A stretch of 64,000 nucleotides of DNA from Octopus sinensis (lineage: Eukaryota): assembly GCF_006345805.1 (NCBI RefSeq), contig NC_043004.1, positions 100,192,001 to 100,256,000 on the forward strand, read 5' to 3'. Shown in pieces: positions 1-14,054 of the stretch. A program made the position numbers and the translations under genes. A model generated the notes under the pieces. The model had not been told where the DNA came from, searched no databases, and worked only from the letters and a program-made list of their open reading frames with translations. Numbering within the stretch: position 1 is the first letter of the stretch; each line of letters opens with the position of its first letter.

Positions 1-2
1 GT

Positions 3-236
3 AAATATAATTAGAAGCCAAGCTTACAAGCCTTTGGCGTATATTGACTTTAGAGAAAATAGTGTTATATGGGAGTATATAAACCCTCGACGGAAAAAAA
101 GGGGGCATTAGTACGCTCTCCATGTATACTAATGCCAAATCATTTTCGTTCGTGGCTTTATATGCCCCAATATTAGACTATTTTCTATAGTCAATATACG
201 GTAAAAACTTATAAGCTTAAGCTTATAATTATATTT
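3..236. mobile_element. Imperfect ~235-bp fold-back (MITE-like) element
   Basis: Arms are reverse complements: AAATATAATTA...CGTATATTGACT...GAAAATAGT...GGCATTAGTA versus TACTAATGCC...ACTATTTTC...AGTCAATATACG...TAATTATATTT. The left end may be cut by the window edge. Confidence 0.65.
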
Positions 237-644
237 ATGTATGTATGTATGTATGTATGTATGTATGTATGTACGTATGTATGTATGTATGTATGTATGT
301 ATGTATGTACTACGCAGACATAGATTATCAACGAACTTTGATTACTTTCATATGTAGTACGCAACATAAAATACGACTAGAGTATTCCACATTTTTGTTA
401 TTGAATATTTTCACACTCCATTGTTGTCCAGACTATTAATAAAGATGAATGTATGTATGATCGTGCGTGTATGTTTAGGCACGCGTGTGTGTGTTTCTGT
501 GTGTGTCAGTGTACGTGCGTGCGTATTAGTATCCATGTGTTTCTGTGTGTGCGCGCAGATTCGTAGAATGTTAATCGGCAGACCTTCGTATTTATATGTA
601 TGTAAGAACATACAGGTATTAGATGGTATATATATATATATAAT

Positions 645-699
<55 letters not shown>

Positions 700-1022
700 T
701 ATATAATAATAGTTATCGTCTGTAGCTGCCGGTCAAGTAGTGTGGAGCGACTGACCTCCCTTGTTCGAAGGTTATATGGATACAGTTTGTGTATCAAATA
801 GCTAACTTAAGGCGATGGCCTCATGGAGCTAATAAGCGGACAGCTTTATTCTTATTTTTATAAGAATACCATATTAGTATGGCGATAACTATTATTTTCC
901 GGGAACGCTGCCGCTGTTCTCTTTTAGAGAGACTTAGTAATTTTAATATTTCTATTATATATATATATAATATATATATGTATGTATGTATGTATTTATG
1001 TATGAGTGTATGTATGTATGTA

Positions 1023-1495
1023 TATCTGTAAATATAATATGTGATAATTATTCGGTAGCCATGACAAAACACCGAGTTTCGGATGTCGGGGTGAATGAGT
1101 ATATATTTATAGGCGCATGTACGTGGATGTACGGGCGCGCATATGTATGTATGGACATGCGTGCTTACGCGAATACTATGAACATTTTTACTCATTTACC
1201 TTTACTCCCTCCCCTCACTTAGCGGTCATTCTAATAGCTCTTTTGTCTTAATAACGGTCAATCACACAGTAATTTCCCTTTCTTTAACGGTCATTTTCAT
1301 AGAATTGTTTTCGATGGCCCGATAACTGAAGAAATGGCGTTGTGGGTTTCCGCTCCGACATCTGAAACTCAGAGTTTCATCATGGCTACCAAATAATTGG
1401 CACATATTATATTTACAAATAAATTCCTCTATTTACATAATGTCGAGGTCTCTTTTATTCTTTTGTTGTCTTACCATTTCTACCAATACAACACA
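1023..1495. mobile_element. Asymmetric inverted-repeat cassette between microsatellites (probable PLE pseudo-LTR relic)
   Basis: 1023-1093 is the reverse complement of about 1348-1420 (GTAAATATAATATGTG..AATTATT.GGTAGCCATGA..AAAC...GAGTTTC.GATGTCGG). Flanked by (TATG)n/(TA)n. Confidence 0.6.
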
Positions 1496-1532
1496 CACCC
1501 ACATACATATATATATTTATACATATATATAT

Positions 1533-1596
<64 letters not shown>

Positions 1597-1783
1597 TAAG
1601 TAATTAAGGGTTTAGCAACGATTTGCCTCACCACACACCGAAATTTAGAAATAGCAGTCAAAGAGTTATAGCTATTCTTTCTACTAAAAGGGAGATCTCA
1701 GTAAAACCACAGCACTTGAAAGGCAAACACAGACAGGCAAGAGAGGAAGAAATGACGGCAATCTATCATACAATTTTAAGTCA

Positions 1784-1874
1784 CCTACGGACGTACGTTT
1801 CGAAATTAAATTTTAGGAAAGCATAAGAATTAGATAATTATGTCTTACCCAACTTCTTTTCTCATCAGCGTAGG
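1784..1874 (-). ncRNA. Type I hammerhead ribozyme motif (copy 1)
   Basis: Reverse complement reads CCUACG-CUGAUGA-[GAAAAGAAGUU...AAUUUAAUUUC]-GAAA-CGUACG-UC-CGUAGG. Confidence 0.8.
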
Positions 1875-2367
1875 ACACTACAATTATGAATAATTGTATA
1901 TTAAATTTCGAGGTACTAGAAGGCACCATCTCAACTCAGTATCAGAGCGAGCTAAAGCCGTTACCAGTATCACCAAATTCAAAGTTTGAATGAAAGTTTG
2001 TGTCACCAACCCCTTCCCACCAGCGTGTAGCCAAGACAAGATGCTGTGGTCATTTACTGGGATGAAATATGGTTATCAGTAATAATATAGGGTGAAATTA
2101 ATTAATTTGGAATAATCATTAATTTCACCAAGTAGATTTCGGCATGTAAAAGCCTCATTCGAGGAAAGTTTAAGTAATACTAAGTAATTAAGGGTTTGGC
2201 AACGATTTGCTTCACCACACACCGAAATTTAGAAATAGCAGTCAAAGAGTTATAGCTATTCTTTCTACTAAAAGGGAGATCTCAGTAAAACCACAGCACT
2301 TGAAAGGCAAACACAGACAGGCAAGAGAGGAAGAAATGACGGCAATCTATCATACAATTTTAAGTCA

Positions 2368-2458
2368 CCTACGGACGTACGTTTCGAAATTAAGTTTTAG
2401 GAAAGCATAAGAATTAGATAATTATGTCTTACCCAACTTCTTTTCTCATCAGCGTAGG
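2368..2458 (-). ncRNA. Type I hammerhead ribozyme motif (copy 2)
   Basis: Same motif as copy 1, 584 bp downstream. Confidence 0.8.
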
Positions 2459-2689
2459 ACACTACAATTATGAATAATTGTATATTAAATTTCGAGGTAC
2501 TAGAAGGCACCATCTCAACTCAGTATCAGAGCGAGCTAAAGCCGTTACCAGTATCACCAAATTCAAGGTGTGAATGAAAGTTTGAATTTGGTGATACTGG
2601 TAACGGCTTTAGCTCGCTCTGATACTGAGTTGAGATGGTGCCTTCTAGTACCTCGAAATTTAATATACAATTATTCATAATTGTAGTGT

Positions 2690-2780
2690 CCTACGCTGAT
2701 GAGAAAAGAAGTTGGGTAAGACATAATTATCTAATTCTTATGCTTTCCTAAAACTTAATTTCGAAACGTACGTCCGTAGG
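2690..2780 (+). ncRNA. Type I hammerhead ribozyme motif (copy 3)
   Basis: Stem I CCTACG(2690-2695)/CGTAGG(2775-2780); CTGATGA 2696-2702; long imperfect stem II; GAAA 2763-2766; minimal stem III C-GTAC-G with a palindromic loop; GUC triplet, predicted cut after 2774. Confidence 0.85.
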
Positions 2781-3075
2781 TGACTTAAAATTGTATGATA
2801 GATTGCCGTCATTTCTTCCTCTCTTGCCTGTCTGTGTTTGCCTTTCAAGTGCTGTGGTTTTACTGAGATCTCCCTTTTAGTAGAAAGAATAGCTATAACT
2901 CTTTGACTGCTATTTCTAAATTTCGGTGTGTGGTGAGGCAAATCGTTGCCAAACCCTTAATTACTTAGTATTACTTAAACTTTCCTCGAATGAGGCATTT
3001 ACATGCCGAAATCTACTTGGTGAAATTAATGATTATTCCAAATTAATTAATTTCACCCTATATTATTACTGATAA

Positions 3076-3147
<72 letters not shown>

Positions 3148-5066
3148 CTAAAGATTAAAAGAGTATAAATTTTAGGACATGCAAAAATAAGAAAGGATTA
3201 TTATTATTTATTTATTTATTGTTGTTGTTATCTTGTTGTTGTTGTTGTTGTTGCTGTTGTTGTCGTTGATGATGATGATGATGATATCTTCATAATTATC
3301 ATCATACGAGTTCTCTCTACTTCCACCTTCTCGATCGCCAACGATATCAAAATCGCTAATATTCTAATGCTCTTTCAACTTATTATTGATCACATTGCGA
3401 ATTTAACCACCGTAATCAGCATCGTAGATATCATTAGCACCTCTGTCACCGTTATCGCCATCCCCATCCTCATCCGCATCACCGTTTCAGTATTCCCCAT
3501 AGTCCTCATCATCATTATCAACATGCTCATCGTCACGACGATCGTTAAGTCTATGGCTACAAAACCGCAGCTAACGTTTTAATAACTACCTTCGCTGCTA
3601 CTAGAGTCATCATCGTCATCATCTTGTCATCATAATAAACATCACGATGATCACGTGCCCCGTAATAACCATCACAATCATTACGTCTGTTATTATAATT
3701 GTCACCGCAACATCAGCAGGAGCATTAACTGCAAGATTATCATTACTATCATCATTATCATCTACATTTTCTCTATTATCATCATAATTGGTCGTAGCAG
3801 TAATGCAACATCCCCATTATCAATGTGACATCCGGGTCCTGTTTAACAGAACCCTATTCAAATACTATTCAAATGATAAATCTTCCGTACACAAAATAAA
3901 TAAATATAGGAATAAAATATTAAAATAAAAGTAATATATAATTGAAGCAAAATGAAATAAATAAAATTAATTAAAATCTAGAAATATATAAAAAAAAATC
4001 ATTTTTGATAAAAAAAAAATAATGAAATGGAATTATCAAAAAAAAAAAAATAGACACTCAAATAAAAAAATTAAAATTCTTCTCCCTCATCTGCATTACC
4101 ACTACCATCACACTATCACTAAAGAAAAGCAATTAAATAAAACAAATCCAAAATATTAACAACAAAATTATGAAAATAAACACATACAATGAGATCACAA
4201 GGATATATTAAAAACAAACAAAACCCACGAAAATATTAAAATGTTGAATATTGAAACTGATGCCAAGTTGATTATACAATATTTTAGATTAAAGATGAAA
4301 TTTTGGCTTCACAATGGCCACCTTTCATTCGTTCTTTTTCCAATATTTTTGCTGTTGCTGTAGTTGTTGTTGTGTTGAGTGTTTTGTATTTTATATTTTT
4401 CCTATTTTTGTTAGAATTTTTAAGATAAGGCCTGAAATAATTGCTGACCCTCTGCGAGATATGAACTCATAAATGTGAGGCGCCGAAAAACATCTCAAGT
4501 GACTTTATCACAATATTACTTTTTTACCATCCTCATTGTAACATGAACTATTGGTATTGTTATTGATATACATATGTGTGTGTGAGAGAGAGAAAAAGTG
4601 TGTATGTGTTTGTTTGTGTCCGTGAGTGTGTGTAGAGAGAGGGAATGAGATAGAGATTGATACATAGATATTTACACACACGCATATACATAGACATATT
4701 GGTGCACAATTCACAGAACAATGTCAGACAGGCAGAAAGACAGACAAGTAAAACAACAGAGAAAGGGGTACTAAGTCGCGATGGAGTCGTATGAACGTTA
4801 CCTTGGTATATGTAGTGACCGAGTGAGACCATTCTTTCCATAGGTCAGCGTAAAGGCGGATTTATCACATCGGGAAAGAAAGAGAATGAAAACGTAAAGT
4901 ACAGATAGAAAGGAATCGATGCCAAGTACTACACTAGTACGTTATTTAGGGATGCCGAACTGATGAGATATATACTTGACCGTTGCAGTATTTGAACTCA
5001 AGGAGCAGAGAGATAAAACATGACTAGCCCATGGAATTCTATTCTGTCTTTCCCTTAAACTGCTTA

Positions 5067-5107
<41 letters not shown>

Positions 5108-5119
5108 TCACACACTCAC

Positions 5120-5152
<33 letters not shown>

Positions 5153-5295
5153 ATATATATATATATATATACATTTCTATATATTATAATATAATATGAT
5201 ATAATATATGATATGATATGAGATAATAATATATATTTTATGTGTGTGCATACAACCATAGAAATACACATAGACACACACTTTTAGATACACAT

Positions 5296-5345
5296 GCATA
5301 CATGCATACATACACACATACATACATACATACATACATACATAC

Positions 5346-5376
<31 letters not shown>

Positions 5377-5448
5377 CATACATACATACATACATACATA
5401 CATACATACATACATACATACATACATACATACATACATACATACATA
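5296..5448. repeat. (TACA)n microsatellite, representative of dozens of (TA)n, (TACA)n, (CA)n, (GA)n and (TAGA)n tracts
   Basis: Direct reading; source of the MYVC/HTYI ORFs. Confidence 0.95.
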
Positions 5449-6570
5449 CTTTTCTGTTCGAAAAGAGAATAAAAGTCCATGAAACAACCATTAGTATAAT
5501 ACTAGAAATTATTTTGAAATAAAATTCATTTGCTCAGCTGATGCTCTGATAACCGTCGTTATTCAACAGGCAAGCGCTGATCAAAGACTGCTATGTCTGG
5601 ACCCTTATCTGTCTTGAAAATTCGCCATTTTCCCAAAGTTTTGTTGTTAATTATTTTATTATCCAATTGCTCTTTCTTTCAAAACGATGACATATGGTTT
5701 CAGGGAGATTGCGAGGAATTCTAACTGACGGAGCGATCACATTGATACTATTTCCTTTACTCACGTGTTCTATTATTATTCCACAGCTCCCCGGCTAATG
5801 ATACACGTAAGTTTTGTGAAATCAATTACATTTCCATATGTAATCTGCAATAATAATTTCAGCAATCGTTATATTCGTGATTTTTGTCCCCGGGGTGATA
5901 TTTGAGGTATGTTCGTACACTTTCCACCTCTTAATACCTTGAGAGATGGAAAGAAATATTGAACCAATTTTAAGTTAACTGGAAAGATATGAGTTGTTAT
6001 TTCAAAATATATTGCATTGCACACACACACACACACACACATGCACGGATATATATGTGTGTGGATGGATAGATGGATGGACCCAACCATAGAAAAAGTT
6101 ATTCAAATGTTTGCGCAAAATATAATACACATGTTCAAACGAACAATATACCATGAAAATATTCCCACACATGCGCTTGCTGTGTAAGAATTCTTAATGT
6201 CTAAGAATGCATTTAAAGAAAACGTATATAAGACAGGAAAACATACACAAGAAGCAAAATGTGCAGAAATAAAAATTACATATGTATATTTATGTTCAAT
6301 TTCCACCGAATTTGAATCTTTTAGGGCCGATAAAATAAAGTAATAATCAGGAAGTGATCTTAACCATCTCGACAAAAATCGAATTTGCGTACTTATATTA
6401 CAATCAATATTAGTATTTACTACGAGGTGGTTAGGCTGAAACGGAATCAGATCTATCAAATATTTCATAAGAATCCCAAATACAATCGGATCGGGATTAG
6501 CCAGGCCCAATGAATTTGTGATTCATTGGACTGTTCCAGTCCTCAAACAATTAATATATTTGACTGCCTG

Positions 6571-6939
6571 TTAGCACACCGGGCGAAATGCTTAGCGGTA
6601 TTTCGTTTGCCACTACGTTCTGAGTTCAAATTCCGCTGATGTAGACTTTACCTTTCATCCTTTCGGGGTCAATTAAATAAGTATCGCACTGAGGTCAATA
6701 TAATTGACCTAATCCGTTTGTCTGTCCTTGTTTGTCCTTTCTGTGTTTAGCCCCTTGTGGGTAGTAAAGAAATAGGTATTTTGTCTGTCTATATGTTCTA
6801 AGTTCAAATTCCGCCGTGGTCGACTTTGCCTTTCATCCTTTCGGGGTCGATAAATTAAGAACCAGTTGCGTACTGGGGTCGATCTAATCGACTGATCCCC
6901 TCCCTAAAAATTTCGGGCCTTGCGCCTAGAGCAGAAAAG
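6571..6939 (+). mobile_element. SINE family A (tRNA-derived, Meta-like core), internally duplicated
   Basis: CCGGGCGAAATGCTTAGCGGTATTTCG...GAGTTCAAATTCCGC (B-box)...GCCTTTCATCCTTTCGGGGTCGATAAATTAAG. Shared with at least 10 other loci in the window. Confidence 0.85.
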
Positions 6940-7176
6940 AATATTTCTGACTACCTATTTGTATGCATATCATTGTTCAGTTTTATTTAAAGATTTCTTG
7001 CCAATAGAGAAAGAGCCGGTTTCTAACCTAAATTCGAGGCTCCTTCACTGGAATTTCAACATCAACAACAGGGTATTTTTATATGTATGTCTGTATATAT
7101 GCTTTGCCATGTGGGTAGTTCTGCATTTGGGGATCAATTTTGTCTCTGCCAGAGGTAACAATTGTGGCATGCTAAA

Positions 7177-7207
<31 letters not shown>

Positions 7208-7757
7208 TGTATGTATGTATGTATGTATGTATGTATGTATGTATGTATGTATGTATGTTTGTATGTATGTATGTGTGTGTGTATGTATGTATGCATGTAT
7301 ATATGTCAATATTCAGTTTTATTTCAAGATTTCTTGCCAGCAGAGAAAGAGCTGCATTCTAACTTAGATTCGAGTATCTTTCATTGGAATGTCAACATCA
7401 ACAACAGGGTAATTTTGTATGTATGTATGTATGTATGTATGTATGTATGTATGTATGTACGTACGTACGTATGTATGTATGTATGTATGTATGTATGTAT
7501 GTATGTATGTATGTATGTACACGTGCAGACTTGTATGTTTTGTCTTATGAATATCTTCTCATGTTTATATTTGCATGTCTAGTCGTGCTCATAATATACT
7601 TAAAGGATAAACTTCTGGAAAGTGTTACAGATATTTACAGTTCCAGTGATGGTTTGGATCTGCAGTTTTCGAAACAGCTTCTTCTTTGTGGCTTTGAGAA
7701 ACCTAATTACATATATCATACATGCGTATACCCTTATATACATACACAAATGTGGAA

Positions 7758-8121
7758 GCACTCCGTCGGTTACGTCGACGAGAGTTCCGGTTGATCCAAT
7801 CAACGGAACTGCCTGCTCGTGAAATTAACGTGTAAGTGGCTGAGCACTCCACAGACACGTGTACCCTTAACATAGTTCTCAGGGATATTCAGCGTGACAC
7901 AGAGAGTGACAAGACCGGCCCTTTGAAATACAGGTACAACAGAAACAAGAAGTAAGAGTGAGAGAAAGTTGTGGTGAAAGAGTACAGCAGGGATCACCAC
8001 CATCCCCTGCCGGAGCCTCGTGGAGCTTTAGGTGTTTTCGCTCAATAAATACTCACAACGACCGGTCTGGGAATCGAAACCGCGAGTCCGCTGCCCTAAC
8101 CACTGGGCCATTGCGCCTCCA
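7758..8121 (-). mobile_element. SINE family C (tRNA-derived head, tail type 1)
   Basis: Reverse complement begins TGGAGGCGCAATGGCCCAGTGGTTAGGGCAGCGGACTCGCGGTTTCGATTCCC (A and B boxes). Head shared with 30025; tail shared with about 15650-15830. Confidence 0.8.
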
Positions 8122-8415
8122 CCCATACATGCACAAATACAGTTATACTTAAGAACATATCTCAGCTTAAGTGTCGCTGGTCCTCTCGCATACCATGAAG
8201 GATTCCGCAAAGATAAACGTATTCACCATATCTGTTTTCTATTGCTGTCTCACTGCTGTATAATAGACGATAGTCATAGCTCTCAAATCTATTTCTATAC
8301 TGTTGACTCAGTCCCTGTGTGTGTGTGTGTGTTTTGTGTACAAATATGCTTTTTATACGTTTATGTTATTGTGTACAAATCTTTCTCTTTGTATACGTTA
8401 ATGCGTATGTAATGC

Positions 8416-8456
<41 letters not shown>

Positions 8457-8520
8457 TGCATGTAAATTGTATTAATGCGATCTCGTGCGAGAGAGCCTGT
8501 TACAGTGAATATGTATGCGG

Positions 8521-8554
<34 letters not shown>

Positions 8555-8727
8555 ATACGAGTGTGTATATGCGTAAATGCATGTTTGTGTATTTGATGCT
8601 GTTACTGTTGTCATTCTACCAAATGCATAAATTTTTCTATGGGTTTTAGAGACAACAATTTTGGATTTTTATCATTTCGCATATTATCACTGCCATAATC
8701 AAATCGCATCACCACCACCACCACCAA

Positions 8728-8758
<31 letters not shown>

Positions 8759-9833
8759 ATTATTATTAGTAGTATTAGTCGAATCGTTATCAGAAATGTA
8801 ATAATAATAATTGTCATCATTATTATTATAATTGTTATTATTATTTCTATTATTTCTGTTATTATTATCATTAGTATTATTTTTATTCTGAAAAATCCCA
8901 CAAAAAAACTAATATTATTATTATGAAAATGTCCCCGTTTATGAATATAAAAAAAAATAAACATTGTATTAAACAGAAGCAATTCAATATATTAAAATGT
9001 TGGAATGAATCAATGAGAGGTGGGCAAAAAAAAATGTCTCTACTTAATGTGAGATTGTCAATTGAGATAATATTGAAATGGTGTGTCATCCTGGTTCGCT
9101 GAAAAGGAAGAGGCAGTGAGAGGGAGAGAGAAGGAGATAAGGAGAGAGCGAGAGAGAATGGGAAGAGCGATGTGTGTTTTTGTGTGTCAGGAGTTTCTGT
9201 TACGTGTTTGGTGAAAACTAAAGGAAATACGTTCAATTTCCGTCTGAAATGATCACGCAATGTGTGACAATAAAAATCTGCAGGACCTTCTTAAAATTTA
9301 AAGGGTGAATGTTTGCGCAAATGTTTACGAAGAAAACGAGAAATCTTTTCTAAAATATGTCTGTATGTGAGTGTGTGTGTATGTGTGTGTGTGTGTGTGT
9401 GTGATAAACAAAAACATCAGCTTATAGCAATATATAAATATGAATATACATGCCTACATACATACTATATATTTACATATGTGCGTACATACAAAGATAC
9501 ATACGTGAAAATATGTCAAATATTCTAAGCGATTAGCATGTTGAAGTACATATGCATACGTGTTGATATGCAATCTTGTATATGTATGCACAAAAATATG
9601 TCGACGCATACTGATCCATAGATGTAATGACAATTATTTCTAGAGAGATGTACACGCGTGCACATACACACGTATGCATAAAAATTATTGCATGCATAAA
9701 TGTATACTACATACATTTTATATGCACGTATAGGAGCAGTGCGTAGCAGTGTGATAAGAAGGTTGGCGTCCTAACTAAACGGTTCTGGGTTGAGACCCAC
9801 TGCGTGGTACCTGGAGCAGATGTTAGACATATG

Positions 9834-9893
<60 letters not shown>

Positions 9894-10036
9894 GAGGGAT
9901 ATATTATCCGAGCGGACTCTGTTGTGGCTCTCTGTTAAGTTCCAGGTTACGTCTAACCACATCGAACATCAGTATTAACGTTTATTATTACTATTAGTTA
10001 TCACTCTGTAAAATCCTCAGCTGAGTAATTCCTTTC

Positions 10037-10591
10037 CTATAGTACACGGCCCAAATTTAGGTGAAGTTGCAGTCAATTAGATCGACCTAGTAACGGAACT
10101 GACTTAATTTATGACCCCCGAACAGGATGAGAGGCAAAGTCGACCTCGCGGATTTGAACTTGAACATAAGACAGACTAAACCTATTTCTTTACTGCCCAC
10201 AAGGGCTAAACACAGAGAGGACAAACAAGGATCAACAAATATAATGATTATATCGACTCCAGTGCGTAACCTGATACTTATTTAATGACCCGAAAAGATG
10301 AAAGGGCAAGTCGACCTGGGCGGAATTTGAAACTCAGAATGTAACGGCAGACTAAACACCAATTCTTACTACCCACAAGGGACTAAGCACAGAGAGGACA
10401 AACAAGGACAGACAAACGGATTAAGTCGATTACATCGACCCCAGTGCGTAACTGGTACTTATTTAATCGATCCCGAAAGGATGAAAGGCAAAGTCGACCT
10501 CGGTGGAATTTGAACTCAGAAAGTAGCGGCGGACGAAATACAACAAAGCATTTCGCCCGATGTGCTAACGTGTCTGCCAGCTCGCAGCCTT
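10037..10591 (-). mobile_element. SINE family A with three tandem core units
   Basis: Three repeats of GACCCCGAAAGGATGAAAGGCAAAGTCGACCTCGGCGGAATTTGAACTC-like sequence; head CTGCCAGCTCGC at the right end. Confidence 0.85.
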
Positions 10592-10666
10592 CTCCGCAGG
10601 GTAATTCCATATTTGCTTCACTAGACGATAATATTTTCTGAAGTATTTATTAGCAGTAATTATTAC

Positions 10667-10814
10667 GATATAGAATATGGAAACTTGTTCATTCTCAAGA
10701 TTTATTTCCTATTATTTTACAATTTTATACAGCATAAAACGACAATATATTGTATAAAATTGTAAAGTAAGAAGAATTAAATTTTGAAGATGAACAATTC
10801 TCCATATTCTATAT
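10667..10814. mobile_element. ~148-bp imperfect hairpin (MITE-like)
   Basis: GATATAGAATATGGA...TTGTTCAT...TTTACAATTTTATACA versus TGTATAAAATTGTAAA...ATGAACAA...TCCATATTCTATATC. Confidence 0.7.
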
Positions 10815-11372
10815 CATTATATATATGCCTTTATGTGTGTGTTAGTGTCAGAGGATATCTCCCATTATCACTAGACAACCAGTGAAACCACAGTTGGAGC
10901 TTTTAAGTCCCCACAATTTAACAGTTCGACAGAATGACCGATCACTTTAAAAGAGAAAAAAAGTGCTGGTGTCGATTCATTCAACTAAAATCTTTTCAAA
11001 GTGGTGCCACAGCATGGCCGCAGTCTGATGCCTGAAGCAAGTGAAAGATAAAAGAGTAGATGTATATATACACCCGTGGGTAACCCATTACTGTTCAATG
11101 CCAGAGGTTTGTATCACAGATAAATATTCGAATTTTTTTTTTTCCATTGGTGAGGAATACGAAAATCATAAGTAGGTAGATCTTGATAAACATATAAGTT
11201 GCACCAATCTTAATTATATCGGGTCTTATATAATTGAATGCCACTAAAACTATAAATTTCTTAAAGTTATAAAACTCAATTGCTTCTTAGATTATCGATG
11301 CTCTCTCTCCAGATATGTACACATTTATATCTATGAAAATTGGTACAGCTAGCTATGTTAGAAAATGTGTAT

Positions 11373-11814
11373 ATTACATGGAAAAATGCGAGCAAGAGAA
11401 ATAATATTCTTAAGATTACTAATCTTGAAAAGTACAAGACAAGTTGTTACACCTGGAAAAGTTCAGGACAGGTTACTACAGCTGGAAAAGTACAGAACAA
11501 GAAAGTTTTTACTTAAATTATTGCAGCTAAGGATAATATTTCAAATAAAATATCTAGAAAATATTATCGTTTATTAAAACTAAAAAATTTATTACAAGTT
11601 ATTACTTCTGTGTGTTATTACTTGTTACTTATATTAAAATTAAATAATAACCCAGTTAAAGTATTTTATCCTTAGCTTCAATATTTTAAGTAAAAATTTT
11701 CTTGATCTGTATAACCTGTCCCGAACATTTCATAGTGTAATAACTGGCCCTGTACTTTTCCAGATTTATCATCTTAAGAATATTATTTCTCTGGCTCGCA
11801 TTTTCCCATGTAAT
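11373..11814. mobile_element. Fold-back MITE with ~170-bp TIRs
   Basis: ATTACATGGAAAAATGCGAGCAAGAGAAATAATATTCTTAAGAT at the left is the reverse complement of ATCTTAAGAATATTATTTCTCTGGCTCGCATTTTCCCATGTAAT at the right. Pairing continues to GCTAAGGATAA/TTATCCTTAGC. Confidence 0.75.
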
Positions 11815-12522
11815 CCGTGTTTTTTTCCAGGCTATGCTATTATGCTAATGTGTCAATTAGCGGTGTCATTGATAATGTTTTCCTTATCTCAATGATACCG
11901 GTGACATATATCAAAAGTCCCCTAGAACTATATTCATAGAAAAAAAAATAGGACTATATTATCACTCTCAAATTTGAGAAAAAAACACTCATAACTTTTT
12001 TCTTTTAAAACTTCATTGTATGAGATTGCGACCATGTAATTCCTCGAAATGAGCTCTATCATTTAAGCTTAATTAAAATATAGTTTGTTTTTAAAATAAA
12101 AAAGTTAATTATACTTCAATCCAATTTTTTGCCTTATATATATTTTCTTTCATGATATTTTTCCCTCACAACTTTTTTTATACAAACTTTTGTTACATGG
12201 GATCAAAGCTATGAAATTCTTCACGCTTTCTTCTATCCTTGAAGCTAAGATAAATATATTTTGCTTTTAAAATAAAAAAGTTACTTAGATCTAAACTTGA
12301 CTGGTAGCGTTACTTCTTCCCCTATAACGTCACTGCAAATTTTGATGTAATCATCTTCTACTGGACCATTAGAAATATATTTCTTTATGCCAAAATGTAG
12401 CTAGGGACAAATCCTCTTCAAAAATGTTAACGATTTCTCCATTTGGTTAAGAACTGAATTAGAAACAAGCTCTGAAAAGTGCTGCGTGTGAGTAAACTGC
12501 GGCCTTAAGAATATCATTATCT

Positions 12523-12717
12523 ACTCCAGGCACGAGGCCAGAAAATTTGGTGGCAGGGGGGCTAGTCGATTAGATCGACCACAGTACGCAACTGGTACTT
12601 AATTTATCGACCCCGAAAGGATGAAAGGCGGAATTTAAACTCAGAACATAAAGATAGACGAAATGTCGCTATGTATTTCGCCCGGCGTGTTAGCGATTCT
12701 GCCACCTCGCCGCCCTC
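12523..12717 (-). mobile_element. SINE family A
   Basis: AACTGGTACTTAATTTATCGACCCCGAAAGGATGAAAGGC...TCGCCCGGCGTG...CTCGCCGCC. GGCCTTAAGAATATCATT occurs on both sides (about 12501 and 12719), a likely TSD. Confidence 0.85.
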
Positions 12718-14054
12718 TGGCCTTAAGAATATCATTCAACTACTGCCGTAGTTGAATGATAACAATGTTGAAAATTTAAAGATTTGAAGCAAAGACCGTG
12801 ACCAGATATAAAGTAAATTTTAAAATATAAGCCGTAAATGGAACAGTAAAAACATATTACTCTTCTGTTACTATATTTCAACTTCTACGGATTTTGTTAA
12901 AAACATTTATTTCAGAAGAACTGAATTATACGAAAGATTACTCACATACATGCACAAATATAAATGTACACACATATACACACAAATATGCAACACACTT
13001 GGACACACGTAAACATGAACAGGCATATGCAGGCATTCACATATTCTACATATGAACACGGATACATACTCGAAAGTGCACACACAAACACATATATGGA
13101 TATATGACAGATTTATGTAAGTGTATAACATATATTTGTATGTGTTTGTATATGCCTGTAAGCGGGAGTAATTGAACAATTTGATCTCATCATGCTTACG
13201 TGTCTATCCATATATATCATTATCCATGGAGTCATAAGAGTTATCCAGTTAATATAAAGTGGATCTAAGTGAAAATCCCACTGTGGATCATTGATGTCCA
13301 ATGGATTACCATCGGGAAACTAGGGTTTTGATCTAATGTCCCATTTACTTGTCTAAGCACGTATATTTATCATAGAGCCTATACACTTCCTTAGTATTGT
13401 ATTTTGAGAATTTCAGTGTTTTCGCACGTAATACTGTTTTAATTCTGCAAAATAATATATTGCTAATGAATTAACTGATATGAATGATTTTCAATGTAAA
13501 ATGAAATTGCTGCATTTTCCCAACAAAGTATTAAACACAAGGATTTACTATCATCTGTGGATATGTTTTAGTTATTTTCCTGCTTCATACTGATATTTAC
13601 TATACCTACTGCAGATCATTTGCTACGCTGCGCATGGCTCTGTAGACTACATGCTTTGGTGTAATTAGCTAGGTAAACCACACGCAAGGGACTTTAATGC
13701 ATGTAGTTCTACAAAAGTTACGAAATTCTCGAGATAAAAGCTGCTCAGGCCTTGAGGCTTTGGATTTTATCCTGAAACTTATCAGGCCTGGAGGCCTCTA
13801 ACCTTATCTTGAAACTGATCAGGAGGAGGGTAAAAAACTACTTCTTACCACACTGATCACAATGCCAGGTCGTTACATTGTTAACGATCAGAGAACGTTG
13901 ATATGTACTTTTTGCTTACTGTTCTGGTCTAAAGTGAAATGAATGCCTTGTTCTTCGATACAAGGTTTGAGTCCATGACCTCATACCCCTGGGTTTAACC
14001 ACACTGTAACATAGATCACGATCACCCTTATTCAAGTACTTCTGTATGAATACA

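Larger units (their letters stand above)
1595..3080. mobile_element. Non-autonomous PLE-type insertion: partial tandem (584-bp period) plus ~500-bp inverted copy, within (TA)n
   Basis: About 1595-1998 is repeated at about 2179-2582. About 2068-2566 is inverted at about 2582-3080. The same 67-aa spurious ORF appears three times in the ORF track. (TA)n lies on both sides, and each copy carries an HHR. Confidence 0.85.

Noticed and set aside
1340-1392. Minus-strand ATGATGA...GGAAA motif as an HHR
   Set aside because: The core starts with A and I could not find a stem III, UH or stem I; not counted.
1623-2941. Triplicated 67-aa ORF MPHHTPKFRNSSQRVIAIL as a small gene family
   Set aside because: It has a TTG start, lies antisense to the HHR inside a repeat, and is not preserved in the related cassette at 15981.
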